DNA of 63,763 nucleotides, the filler included, from Sphacelaria rigidula (taxonomy: Eukaryota), in NCBI GenBank assembly GCA_964200075.2. It is 6 parts of 6 records of this genome, joined end to end, with 100 filler letters (N's around TTAATTAATTAA, not from the genome) between each part and the next. Parts side by side here need not be neighbours in the genome. Positions count along the whole stretch, not along the records: positions 42,579 to 53,121 come from CAXNAA020006306.1; positions 53,222 to 63,763 come from CAXNAA020006307.1; 4 more parts are not named here. One strand, written 5' to 3'. How positions within the stretch are numbered: position 1 is the stretch's first letter; every line of letters starts with the position of its first letter. A program made the translations under genes and the position numbers. Below are positions 48,289-61,419 of the stretch, in pieces. Under the pieces are notes generated by a model. It did no database searches and had not been told where the DNA came from. It saw nothing but the letters and a program-made list of their open reading frames with translations.

Positions 48289-49429
48289 GTCTCCAGGGTA
48301 CTTCGTCCAGGAGGGAAGTTCGTGTTCGTCGAGGTGAGCGGAGACTGTCGCCACATTGAAACCACTTCGTGTTCCTGGGCCTGCTACGTTGTATCAACGG
48401 TGTGGCGGCCCCAGTCCGTTAACCTGTAGTTAGACTAATCCTCTAAGAATACCCACACAACTTTGGCTCCGCCAACCGAGAAACTACAATTTGTTATTAG
48501 TACACGCTTGTACAGTGAGCCCTCCTCCCCTGACTCCCTACGAGCATACTGTCAAGCACCCATCGTAAGTGAACAACCAAGTGGTGAGTGCGTCTGCTCC
48601 ATATTGCTCTATCCCAGGTTCAGCCCGCGTGCAGGCCTGATTACGGGATAGGCTTGGCGTGAGGTGCCGTGTAAACACAGCGTTCACTACATCTGGCGTC
48701 GACATTGAGCACGCACGTGTACATTTGTCCACAACACTCCCACTCCCCCCCTTCCCCCCTGAGGTCTCTCTGAGGATACTCTATACCCGTGTTGACGCAT
48801 GCTTCCTCTCCTCCCGCCTTTGGTGACTATTTCCTGCCTCATCTGACGAACACGATACAGCACATTCTCGCCCCAGAAGAGGGCTTGTCGCTTTTAGGTC
48901 TACGTAAGCAACAGGAGCTACTGGATCCACTACAGCAGCAGCTGGCAGCGGGATGCCATCTCACCCGACAGACCGATAGGTTAATACGGGAAGCTGCCAC
49001 GGGGGGCAGCGGAACAAGGTGAGGCGAAAAACAACAATCAGCAAGCACCCGCAAGCACGAACATCTAGCAACGCTCCGACAAAAGAGGCATATGTAAATA
49101 TTTTCCAGTCAATATGTGTGCATCATTCCCGCTAGAGTTCGTACCCATTGAAGCTGTACGCACTGTGCGGCGGATGTTGAACGTGGTTGATTTCACTCCC
49201 TGTGGATGCAATCTCGATACTCACCTTCCACGCCTTCTATACTCGTTCCGTTTCACGCATGTATGTGTGTGCTGTTTGTCGCTGCCTGCGCTACTACGGA
49301 CGCGCCTGGAAATATACTCTTGTCGTGACCGATAGTCGGCTTTTCTCGCGACTGGAGAGTATGGAAAACATTCGAGTGGGAAGCATGTGGCCGGTGTCGG
49401 AGCAAGTGTTCGGCGTCGCCGTCAAGTGA
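48289..49429 (+). CDS. SAM-dependent methyltransferase (METTL7/UbiE-like, Methyltransf_11), last three exons
   Basis: Exons 48289-48333, 48861-49018 and 49336-49429 are GT-AG and phase-consistent: VSRVLRPGGKFVFVE|HILAPEEG...QQELLDPLQQQLAAGCHLTRQT...|SRLFSRLE...VSEQVFGVAVK*. RVLRPGG..VFVEH and GCHLTR are typical of this family. Upstream exons were not found. Confidence 0.85.
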
Positions 49430-49985
49430 ACATCACGCCGTTGCTGTCGTTGGTCCCCCCACTTGATCCGCCTCGTCGAAGTTGTCGAGCTTGTTGCAGT
49501 TGTGGGGTACAACACCACTAGCTCAAGTCTCTTGGGCGGTGATAGGGCGGGATCATTATGAATATATTATTGTTCATGTCAAGTTGGAACTCGTTGACGA
49601 TGTAAAGATCCCGGACGCCGTTGCGTTTCCGCCATTGTGGGACACGTTATAGTTTTAAAAGCGCACTGTATGTACCATTATAGAGGGGTCTTCTCTATAG
49701 CACGCACCGCACAGTGAGAATTCGGGCAAGCCGAAGATTCGCATGGGTTGTTGATTTTGTTTTGCAACTGTGCAGATAGTCAATGTTTCTGCTTCAATTC
49801 TACAACCTTCAGACGTGCGCTGCGACGAGCATTCAAATCCGCTGCTTAACTGCATAGCGAAAAGCAAATAAACATTGGCGCTTGCAGTACTCAATAGTCT
49901 CCTTACGTACATACAAGTCGCGTGTGTGTATCTTGAATGCATGGTACCGCGTTACCAAAAATCCAATCATTTTCAACGTGCCGCG

Positions 49986-50301
49986 CTACAGTGTATCAGC
50001 TCCGCCGAAGCCTACTCGCGTCCGGCCGCGGGTCGGCACAACTTGCACCGCACACACCTGCAACAGTGGCAACGCCCGTTCCTGTGCCTTGGCAGCTGCA
50101 ACCATCGCCGCAGAGGGACTGCATGTACTATTTACCGTGACATTAGGCGCAGTCGTATTATTCACGGCCATTATACTGTTGCTATGATCTGAGAAAAAGA
50201 TACCACCCTGCGCCAGACTTGACGTTGGCATGCCCACCGCAGATGTGGACGGTCGGATGAGGAATACTTCGTTATCTGGTGTAGCGTAATAGCGGGCACC
50301 G

Positions 50302-50384
<83 letters not shown>

Positions 50385-51504
50385 GCTGCCGTTGATGGTG
50401 GTTGTGCTGTTGCTGTTGTCATCTCGGCCAACGACGATGTTCCACCTGTCGCCCCATCTCACTCCCAGTCGTTCTCCTTGCGTCGAAAATGATGGTCCAC
50501 CTCCCTGCCGGTGCTCATTCATGATTCCTCTGGCGGGTTTTCGCAACCGTAAACACCCGGGTGGGAACTCGTGCTTGGCAAGTAGCTCCCCATTTACCAA
50601 GCGTGTCCTTTCGCGCTCCCTTTCTGCCGCGCTCCCCCGTGCCCCCTCGACCAGCCTTGCACCGACTTCCGACCTGTTGTCGACGTCATTTGAGGGTCCA
50701 TTTAGGTTGCTGTTGTCGATGTAACTATCGTGACTGTAGGCCAATATGCGGTCACGTTGAGCCGCAGTGACGAGCTGCATGAGAGGAGACTTCGGCTGCA
50801 GCCGATCGCGCAGTTCCTGCACTAAACCTTCGAAGCTTACCTCCGCACCAGCGCAAGATGATGCCCCGCCGGCACTGGCGCTCGACAAATATCCCTCTTT
50901 GGTTTTGCTCTTGCTCGACACGGAGACCTCGGTGGAGCTTTCCACCGCCCCGCAGCCTCCCCTGTTCTGCGCTTGAACTGCAAGCGATGAAGTCACCGTG
51001 TTACTGTTGTGACGGTTGTTGCGACAAATTATTGCTATTGAGGTGGTGGGACCCGCGCGCCTGGTTTTGCCGGAGCGATCTCGCCACTCTCCTGCTAGCA
51101 TCCCTTGCGGTCTCCAACCCCCGCCACCGCGACCCGCCACCGTTGCGAGGCCATGGTGGCAGTGACGTTCAGCTTTGGGGACGTCTTTTTCTGTTGGGAT
51201 CAAGGAGATGTCATGGAAAAGTCCAGTGTTCCTGCTACAACCGCAGCAGCTGCTGCTGTTGTTCTTATTGCTGCTGATGCTGGTGTTATTGCCACTGATG
51301 TTACTATATTTCTGGCTCTGCTGTCCTGGCAACGCCAGAGGTACCGGACGAATACTGCCGTCGACTTGTCGTCGAGGAGGGTCGTTTTCAGCATTTCCGG
51401 CGGTCGCCCCGGTGGCTAGGGTTTCATTGTATACTATTTCGCTCTCGTAGACCTTGCTGTCGTAATTGTGGTGGTGATCCAGTGCAGGACCCACGCAAGC
51501 TTGT
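49986..51504 (-). CDS. Large exon of a hypothetical low-complexity protein with a poly-Asn tract
   Basis: 1.5-kb open frame with a CTCGCAG acceptor just upstream of 51504. A phase-compatible upstream exon at about 51883-51837 reads SSLTRAVDEINRRPR. No recognised domain. Confidence 0.65.
50301..50384 (-). repeat. (AAC)28 trinucleotide repeat encoding poly-Asn
   Basis: Perfect (GTT)28 on the + strand inside the 511-aa ORF. Confidence 0.95.
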
Positions 51505-53121
51505 CTGCGAGTGCAGTACAAGAAGAGTATGATCGGTCCAACAGCATGGAAAAACGCGGACGGCGGGTAGGTCGGCCACTTGTTAGTCTAAACACTTCTG
51601 TTTCACTTGCTTGACACTCGGTGCGTGGTTGGCGTAACATTTCGACATTGGCGTTCGGTAGTCGTATTTCGAGACCTGCACGGTCAACTTTACCTGTCAC
51701 AAGTCATTGTGAATCCCACCTCCTCCCAGCCTCTTTTTGTGTGCGAGTCGAGAGTAAACACGACAGAAGGGCAGAATGAAGCGCAGTTTTCTGGATGGCC
51801 AAAAGCAAACATGGGAATTCCGAGTCGCTATCGTACCTTGGCCGACGGTTGATCTCATCCACGGCCCTTGTAAGCGAAGAATCTTTGGATGTTGACGTCA
51901 CGCGTTAGATCCGCCATAGTGTGATGCTGCGGTAGGGGTGGACTCTTCAGTCCAAAAGTTTTCTGAGGCTGCACACTAACGCCCAGATATGTGTCATCGA
52001 GAGGCTTCTACAACAAAGAGCCCCAGAAAAAAAAATGTGCACCCCTACCGTGGCGTTGCTCGATACCAAGGCGCAAGGCGTGTACCGAAGGAGAGAAAGA
52101 GGTTGATTCTTTGAAACCACAGACTCGTTCCGAGGAAGGGAAAACGTTTCAAATGCGCCAAGAAAATTCGTGTATATACTTCGAAGCAGGTACGAACGTA
52201 AAATAATCATACGTCGTACAACGAGGCTCCAGCAGTACCTCAAATGAGCTAACTGGGGCTTGAGTACCCGACGGAGCATGCGACCTCGGTGGATATCTCT
52301 GGCGGAAAGCGCGTCCTTACCGTAGACCAAGCCTCCGAGGGAGCTGATCACAATAGCAGGTGCTTTGAATCACGAGACAAAAGTAAAAACGCACGCATGA
52401 TCGTGGAAACGGGTCAGTAGATAAAGAGGTATGGAGGTAGCTGTACGCGTTTATTAAGAAAAAACGAAGGTCGTTCGGTTAACGCTGAGACCACAGAAAC
52501 AGAATTGCGTGCCAAGTGGCCTACAACTTTTGCCTGTGCACTTTTACTCAGAGTCTGACTCACCCATTGATGTTATCGGTGCTTATTACCTTTCCTCAGA
52601 CTATTATTTCAATGCAAGTGAGAGCATCGTACCAATGGCACTGTGGTGAGCCGAGATCTCAGAGCCGTTACAATCACGTGCGTCTGGATGCAGCGCACGA
52701 AAGTAGTGCCGCGACAGCTCCTCCCAGAGAAGTGGCCGGTTTGAAGGAGATATCATCTACGTGGGAATCAACATGACAAACGTTTAGTACACCGAGCATG
52801 CTTGCGATCGTTTCGCCAGTGTCGCCCATTTGAGGCGCTTCAGGCGATCTGAAACCTGCCATCATGCACGTTGACCATGTTCGTCGTGACAGTTTGGGGC
52901 TGGTGTCAGAAGGGACTATCGCGGCATCCCTCACCATGAAGTGGTGGTTATACATGAGAGAAACTAGGTTGAAACGACGGAGTATGTCGGATATGGGACA
53001 AATACTGTGGTAGCTTCAGAGTAGCTCGGTGAAACATGAGTTATCGACACTTTCTACGATAGCCCCCCCCCCAAACCAGCTATAATGAGTACGCCCCCCC
53101 CCCCCCCAAACCAGCTAAACG

Positions 53122-53221
53122 NNNNNNNNNNNNNNNNNNNNNNNNNNNNNNNNNNNNNNNNNNNNTTAATTAATTAANNNNNNNNNNNNNNNNNNNNNNN
53201 NNNNNNNNNNNNNNNNNNNNN
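53122..53221. other. Artificial contig linker
   Basis: 44 N + TTAATTAATTAA + 44 N. Confidence 0.98.
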
Positions 53222-55564
53222 CCGTGTCCAAAAGCGATACTCTTGTCCGTATTTCAACACTGATTGCTCCAATGGTGTGCTGCAGCAGTCAGCAGTCAGT
53301 ATTAGCGGTACACCTCATGTGCGGGTTCTTGTTCTTAACCCCAGGTCCAATTTGAGCACGTGTTCTTATGAGCAAGTTCTTAATATTTCAAATTTTTGAG
53401 GCTCAAATTCTCAAGTGGTGACCGCCTCTGTACTTGATGCCATCATACACAACACCGTCAGAGCCCTTCGCCTTTCCATCGAAGGCCACATGTAACATCA
53501 ACAGCACAAACATTTTGCGTGTCGCCGTCATCCACTGCAGGCAAAACCGTGTAGGCTGTGGCTGCCTCTGCATGGATGCTGTTTGACGGTGCAACAGTGC
53601 ACAGCTGTTCGGGAACACGAGGCAATGGAGCCGGAATCCAAAAAAGTCAATGCAACGAGGTCCAAAACCAGGAACAAATCATATCCGCCGGAAACGCGAA
53701 GACTGGTTTGACGCATGGAACCGTATAATTGCTAGGCCCTTCATGTACGCCATACAACCATTGAGATCATATGAGTATAGTAGATTAAGCGAGGAAGCCG
53801 GGGGTTGCGATAAATTAGGAGTTTCTCAGAGAGGGGGTTGCTCAGGGTGGGCTTCGAATGACTAAAAAGTCGAGGGCTGGCAGACAACGCCTCCCTGCTG
53901 GAGGAGCCCACCTGTTGAACAACCCTCCGAATTACTTGCGAAACTGAACGAATACCAGGAATAAAAGCGACCTGCTGCATATCGGAAGTCGCGATGACCG
54001 GTAGGAACAAATAAAAAAAAAAAAAAGGGTCGTAGCACCAGCTGGAGGAACCCACGCTCTGCACAGCTGCCACTTTGTACACGTCGGAAACCAACCCCGA
54101 GAAAATAAACTAAAATATAAGTGCACAGGCAAAATGTTCATCTCGTAGTCACCGGTATCATCCCGTGATCACCGTTAAAAACCAATACCACTTTCACGGG
54201 ACGGGACGAAAAGGAAATTTCCATCGTCAAGAAGATGACGGGTCGGGACGGGGATATTGGGGGACTGACAGTAGGGGGAGAGGGTCATTTTGCTCCCCCT
54301 ACAGATGAACTACAGATGACCCACCTTGGAGCAAGGCTGTACTTGACCATTTGGTCAACGGCCACTCAGCCATGGAAAATATGGGCAAAGACCGTGCTTT
54401 TTGCTCTGTTCATAGTCTTTGCTCCCCTCCTGGCACCTCTGATGCTGTTAACATAGCTTCGCACCGTCTCTAGTGTTTTTGTATAACAATTACCGGAGAT
54501 AGCAGCGTGCAGTCGACAGTACTCGGTGGAAAGCGATGGCACTATGGCTTTTTCATACCCTCGCATTCAGCTACGGGCGATGAAAAACGTTTACACGTAC
54601 GGTAAAGTAGTATCAGCAGTAAAGGGAACGCAAAAAAAAAGTACAGGTGAGACGATGTGACAAGCGTGCGAGGCCAAAACACTGTCGAGATGTGCCAGCC
54701 CTGTTCCGGAAATACCAAGACTGCTGCGAACGTATAGAAAAGAAGAGAAGATGCACATTGTTTGCATTTAGTGCTTCCTCTGCCCCACAAGATGAGTCCG
54801 TTTGGAAAATCTCATTGGATAAGCCCGTGGTGAAAGATTGCGATAATGTACACAATACAGTCGATTTCGACATACGGACCTCCATCGTGTCTTCAACGTA
54901 TGGTTGCCATCATGTAAAAAAACAATAGCCCCAGGGGATCACATGTTATCATCCCCGGCGTGAAAAAATCACAAAGTAGGCTCATGTAGTGAGATTTTCC
55001 GAAGGAGAGCCAGAGTTTTGGCAGAACTTTGGTTCAATGTGCGATACGGGGGGTACGAGGCACCTTTTTTTCGATGCTCACTCTCACGGTAGTGTGTTTC
55101 GAGGTGTTGGGGACATGTGTGAAAACAAGAAGACCCTCCAGACCCGGGGACAACATGATCTTGTCCACGGGATGGGCGCGTATATCCCCGCATCTGGTAT
55201 GGTGTGCTCAAATAGTGATGTGGTGGCGGCGCACTGTAAAATGACGGTTTCGGGCGGTTCTCCGAAACGCCTCGCGAACCATGAAAAAATCCGTTTCTCC
55301 AAAGATCGATGGGAAGGCTGTCAACCGGTAGATTCCGGTTGTGCACGATCGACAGGCTCTGATCGCCGTGAGTGTAGCTGCTTGTCTAGTGGGGGCTCGG
55401 CAAAAGCCTCGGTTTTGAGTTCTGCTCCAAAACTTCACGAGAACAACAACAACAAAACGCTTGGGAAAAGCCGAGAATAAGCACGAGAAATGCGGCAAAA
55501 CCTCCACACGAGATCACAGCAGTGATGACTGCGAACGTGCGCCACTTGTAAAGCATAAACGCAT

Positions 55565-55598
55565 GTTGTTGTTGTTGTTGTTGTTGTTTTTGTTGTCG

Positions 55599-55641
<43 letters not shown>

Positions 55642-55670
55642 CGTTGTTGCTGCTGCTGCTGCTGTTGTTT
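55565..55670 (-). repeat. (CAG)n(CAA)n microsatellite, probable 3' tail of the LINE
   Basis: Directly visible; lies immediately 3' of the putative LINE 3' UTR on the minus strand. Confidence 0.85.
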
Positions 55671-58600
55671 GCCGTAACATTCAAAACCGTCACGGTATCT
55701 GCGCAGCACTTGTTACTCGAGTACTGGACATGTGACACGGACGTCCTCCGTGGTCATAGATCAACTGCCCGAACCAAAGAACAACGAACAAGGAAACGAA
55801 GAAACAAAGAATAAAATAGGATCCAGAAATAATAAACCAGTCGCGATACACGAAGAACAAGAAACGATGATAATCTCAGATGGCCTCGTCCTGCAGGTGA
55901 CCATTCGGACTTCTCGAGACAGAGCCCAACGTTCCCACTCGACGCGCGAAATAACACATAGAGCAAGACTCAAGAACCAAAGATCAGCGACCATAGCAAT
56001 AAAAACGCACGGTCCTATCTTGTACCTCTACGGGGCTGGGGTGCAATACCCACCCGGGTTACAGTACGCCGGCTAAGATCTTCCTCCACCCATATCTACA
56101 AAAACCTGGGGGGGTTTCAACAAGTAAGGTACACATGTATCCCTATTTCCAAGACAGACGTACGAAACCCCACATTCTCATTATCATGCTGGAATCTTAT
56201 ATTTACTGGCCAAGGACCCCCCGTCGCATGCCAACATTCGAGAGACGGCGATATGTACGAATATACTAGACATCAAAATACATCGGGGGAATGGGGACAG
56301 TAGAAGGAAGGAATTGGCAAGAAAAAAGAAGGCGTTGGGGGATGGTGGGTATTCCTGCCACCTCCGCTATGTTTAGCCCGGGACATATCTGGCCAAACAT
56401 TTCGCCATCTCCCGCCTGCTATCTGGCCAAACATTTCGCCGGTTTACACCCTCACCGCCTCTTGGCGGCTGCCCCTCCTGTGAGGTTTTCATTGGTGTCC
56501 TGTTGAATCGTACGAAGTCATCTGGTCTCCTCCTCGTCCTTACGTAATGTAGCCACAAACCTCCCTGCTCCCCGCAAGACTCTGGCGTGCCACAGAATCC
56601 CCCCTCCCTTTTTTGCTGCCGAGATCTACAGAACGCTGTCAACTCCAAACGCTGGTCGGTCGTCGTCCGTATAGACGTATGTGGCTCCGAAGCTTGAAGA
56701 TCGTCCACCAGACACTTCAGTCACTTTTGCTCCGGGCAACCTGGCCCTGGATCCGCCCACCCTCACGAGTGTTCCGAGCGCCAGTCGCTTCGGTAGTAGT
56801 CCGCCCTGCTGTCTAGGCAGGGCTGTCGCGAACATCAATCGTCATTGCCTGACGATGGCTTCGGCACTTTGGCATCTGGTTTTCCTGAGGGTCTAGGCAT
56901 ACGAAACCTGTTGGTATGTGCCACGCACGCGGGGGTGCCCGATAACTCGCGGGAGGAGCCGGTGTTGTATCCTTCTCGCAAGTGGTGGTACTAGCGGCGC
57001 GGGGCTAACGTCATGCATCCATACAGTAGGGCCCCCATCGCCTCCGCTTTCAGCAGCCGGATCTTGAGTCCCTACCGCGCGTTCGGTTGGTCAAAGAGCT
57101 CCCGGGAGAACATCCTGATGCAGGCCCATTCTGCTTTGCTCCGGTTATCAATTTCTTGTTTGAATTCGCCATCTTCGTTGACGAGACCGCCGACGTGTCG
57201 GAACTTAGAGGTTGGTGCGTACTTCTGGCCCGCTGCTTCGATGACCAGTGTCGGGCGGGGTGGTGTTGGTGGTCTCCCCTTTTTCCGTGGTTTCACCGGT
57301 ACCTGCACCAAGAAAGTCTCCGCCTTATTCTCCGATACCGTCAGCCCAAAGGTCTCAATATGCCCACTATAATGGGCATCATCCTCGCCAGACCGTCGGG
57401 AGATCTCGAGACGACGCCGGCGTCGTCGGCATATAGCATTCTCCACACCGCTCTCCGTACGCGTTCCAGAGGTGTCTCCGCCTCCCTCCCCGTCTTCTCA
57501 TCGAGATATACCATGTCCTTGAGAATGGTGTCGTCTTCGCTGAATCGCACGAGAATCAACTCGAGGGCCGCTGCGAAAAAACGTTCAACAGCAGTGGAGA
57601 CAGTACACATCCTTGGCGCAGTCCCTGTGACCTCGAACCATTCCCTGCATACGCGGACCTGCATACTGTCGTGAAATTGGCGAATTACTGCGATCACCTC
57701 AAGGTCCGCATGATCAAGGACGAGAATATCGAGGCGCTTTTGGATTTTGTACTGGTGGTAGTTTGCCCATGCCCGTTGTACGCGCGTTTGATTTCCACGG
57801 AGAGATCGCCGCTCTCCGTAATTGACCCCCCACGTAGACAAAGTTGTTTGTTTGTTTGTATACCTGGCCAGCCGCGTTGATGTCGAGGTGCCCCGCCTGT
57901 GAGTGCAGTCGCATGGTCTTCGTCTTTGCTTCCGACACGGTCAACCCGAACTCTCCGCAGGGCGTCACAATCACCGTCATCATCTTCTCGAGGCTCGATG
58001 ATGTCCGCGAGACGATGCAGGCGTCATCGGCGTACCACGTACTCCATCAGAAACGTAACCCCTGCGACGCGACTGCTCAGCTCACGTCTGGCTCGTCCCA
58101 TGCTATCGCAAACGCCTGTTGGAAGTCCCCCTTTTCGCGCCTTCGGACTCGTACTAGGTCCCCCGAAATGTCAGGGTAATCGCGGAAGGTTGTCAGGGCC
58201 ACCGTGAGCACCACCGTGAAGAAAATGTCGAACAGCAGTCGTGCTAGGACGCACTCTTATCGGAGGCCCTGTCCGATGTCGAACCGTTCCGAGTACTCCT
58301 CGTCGTCCGTGCGCACCCGAGTTCGCATACCATCATGGCATTGGCGGATGATCAAGAGCATGATGAATGGGACGCCATAGTGTTCCAGAACTTTCATTGT
58401 ATGTTTTCGTGAGGTCGATGAAACACAGGTAGAGCGGGATCTGTCGTCTCCGGCAAAGTTTCTGGAGTCGTCGGACAGTGAAAATCATGTCGAAAGTTGA
58501 GCGTCCGGGGCGGAAGCCGCACTGCTATTCAGGCAGGATTCCATTGCCCTCGCAGTAGGAGCTCAGACGGCGGGCGATTTTCTTGAGGAGATCTGTGCCG

Positions 58601-60765
58601 CCGTGTGACACGAGTGAAATTCCTCAGCAGTTCCCACATCCCGTCCGATCGTCCTTCTTTTGGAGAACTATGATGGTGGCATCCTTCTATTCTTGTGGTG
58701 CCGCTGCTCCCCCCGAGATGTCAAAGATGACAGCGTGGAATCTCTGTAGTTCGTTAGTGTCGTCGCCGTCGAGGAGTTTCTTCAACAGTTCAGCCTGCAG
58801 TTTATCTGGGCCGATAGCTTTTCCGTTGGACATAGATCGTATGTCATCCGCTGTCTCGTCTACCGTAGGCACCGTGTCCAGCGACTGGAGTTGGTCGATG
58901 ATTGCTGGATTGGGGTGGGGCGACTTGGTCTTGAGAACGGTGTGAAACCACCGTACCCACCGCGCGCGGATGAGCTTCACGTCTCTGAGCAGTTGTCCCT
59001 TGTTGTCGCGGATATATTGCTGCTGTGAGCTACATGGTCTCCTCTCTTCGACATCGCTTCCCTTCAGCTGCCTGTAGAAGCCGCGTTGGTCACCTTCCGC
59101 GATGTGCGCTTCAAGTCGGCTGACGTAGGTCTCCAAGAATTTCTCCACCGCAGATGCTCAAACGCGACGGAGTTCCTTATCGGACTTCTTCAAGGCTTGC
59201 TTGAGGTTGGTGTCAGTGTAACATCGATGCCTTCCGTGGTACTTCCGTCGCCATCTATGCAGTGTGGATCTTTGCTTTGGCCTCGGCACTCGCGCACCAG
59301 CCGTGGGAGCCTCGTTTGTTTCTCTCGCGGGGTGTGGTGTCTGCTGCGGCGGATATCAGCACCTTGGTAAGGCCTCCAGCCATGTCCGCGGTAGTGGCGT
59401 CTGTAGGCAAGGGGTCGAGAGGGAAGGCCGTTTTCAACGCCATTGCTCTCAACTCTGAGTCAGCCAGGAGCCTTTCAAGGCCGGCAGTTCTGTGTCTTGG
59501 TACATGTTTCTGCATCTTGCGATTGGGCGCGAAGCGACGAGGAAGCCGGACCTTTGCAAATACGAGGTTATGTTCAGCCTCGCGTTTTCCGGGTGGTGGG
59601 CGGCGGACGGAGGTGTTGCGCACGAGTTTTCGGTTCGTCTGTCTGGGGAGAATGTAGTCAAGGCGATAGCGTCTCTTCCCAGCGTTGGACCTTTGTATAG
59701 TGTACGAGATGCCCCGCTTGGGTGTTCTGAAGAAGGTATTGAGCACGGTGAGGCGTTCTTCCCTTGCGAAGGCCAGTAGCCCCTCACCGTTTTTGTTCTG
59801 TACGTCCCGCCCGTATTCGCCGAGTACCTTGCTATCGTTCTCTCCACCTCCCCGCCCCCTCGTTTTCTAGTGCGAGCGTTGGCATCCATCATGACGAATG
59901 GATGTTCCTTGCTACGTACTTGTGAAATGGTATCGGATACGTCATCCCGAACTTTGTTCTTGTCGCGCAGAGGAGCGGTCTCCGTCGGGGCATATCCAGC
60001 TACGAATGATACTCCATAGGATTTGTCGTGTAGTTCAAGTTTCACCTTCATAAGTCGAGTACCTGCACTGAGGTACTCGACTGTAGCACCTTTTCCTTCA
60101 ATCTCCTCCAGGATCGACTCCTTGATAGTGATCCCTACCTCATGTTGTCCTGTCCTCCCATTAGCCCCGCTCGTGTCACCAGAACAGAGTACCGTCAGTC
60201 CCGTCGCACTGAACACCGAGTGGCCATCTCCTCTAGTTTCTTGCAAACCCACGATATCGCAGCCTAGACTCTCTCAAGGTTTTGGGACAAATTTGCTGTG
60301 GCCAATGCCGTTCGCACCTTTGAAAGCGAGCGTGCGAAAATTGTAGGTGCCGACAGAAAGCTCGCCGATCCTGGCCCTCACCCTCGCAGTCTTTGTCGGC
60401 AGCACTCCGATTTCCTCGTCTCCTGTGCCTCTTTATCTCGAGCGGCGCGCTTTTTCTTCTCCTCTGTCTTTCTACATGCAAGTATATACTTCTGTTCTGA
60501 AATTGACAATGCTCCGTGCGTGCTTGTCATCAGGCATGGTTTCGGGGGCAGCAGTCCCGACAGATCTCGACCGGTTCCACTACCGCATCGTTTCTTGTGC
60601 TCACACACGTGTAAATACCTAGCAGTTCTACTCTCCTTGCTACGTATTCCACGCTTTCGGCGACGGTTAGCTAGTGCCGCTGCTGCAGGCTGTGCAACCG
60701 CGGCAAATTCTGACGTTGGCAAAAACTCCCTCGGGGAAAAATTCCGCCGCATCAGGATTTAGTAC
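55565..60765 (-). mobile_element. Degenerate RTE-type non-LTR retrotransposon (APE endonuclease + reverse transcriptase), composed of two joined copies
   Basis: APE motifs LSVGTYNFRTL, VGLQETR, VAGYAPT, MDANAR, YRLDYIL and EHNLV. RT motifs KAIGPDKLQAELLK, CGFRPGRSTFDMIFTVRRLQ, FIDL, YADDA (twice) and FGLTVSE.K (twice). Many stops and frameshifts. Confidence 0.92.
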
Positions 60766-60944
60766 CGCCATCATCGTCGAGCGTGAGCAGCAGGCGGGGA
60801 AGCAAGACGGTTACTACCCCATTATTGCTGTTGCTGTTGTCACTACTGTCGATGATGATGCATTTTCTCTACACTCCAGGTATGTGCGTGCAGGGTCGCA
60901 GTTCGCACACCGGCTCCAGGCCGGGAGGCAGCCCGGGGAGGGAC

Positions 60945-61265
60945 GCTGTATTATTCACCGCCTGCCTGCTCTTCGACTTCATGCACAAGTACGCGAAATC
61001 ACACTAATGAAGAAACTGACTGTGCACAGAATTGTTTCACAAATCTGTGATTTCATAAAACGCTCCCCCCGATTTTGAGTTCGCGAATTTGATTCTCCCC
61101 GGTTTTGAAGAAATTGGAGTCTAGAAAAAATGAAGATATGTTACCATAAAATATGGTCTTACCACAACCCTTTAAATCCAGTACAAAAGTGGTTGCGCCG
61201 CATTTTGCGAGTCCCAGCTTGGTTCTGGAGGAGATGCTAGGACCAACTTGTATGGCAGCCAATCC
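60945..61265 (+). mobile_element. Partial copy of the repeat family at 36340-37340
   Basis: TTATTCACCGCCTGCCT...ATTGTTTCACAAAT...TTTTGAAGAAAT; ends CTTGTATGGCAGCCAATCC. Confidence 0.7.
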
Positions 61266-61419
61266 AGAAGCTGGCGAGACCCCAATCTCTGCTGAATCAG
61301 GGGGACTCAGATTAGCGAATCTCGGATCCGCGTGGATCCCTGTACGGCTTGACAGACTTACACACGTCGGACGAGTCATTACTACAGTAGTCGAAACGAG
61401 TGCACTCGTGGATGTTTTT

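Noticed and set aside
30443..49429. Joining exons at 30443-31811, 32451 and 48289-49429 into one gene, or treating chlP plus the methyltransferase as a prenyl-lipid cluster
   Set aside because: They lie on different, artificially concatenated contigs.
53620..53865. PIF/Harbinger transposase N-terminus (RGPKPGTNHIRRKREDWF)
   Set aside because: The resemblance is vague and short, with no downstream DDE motifs or TIRs.
55386..55814. Poly-Gln, poly-Thr, poly-Asn and poly-Leu ORFs
   Set aside because: They are translations of the (CAA)n tail of the LINE.
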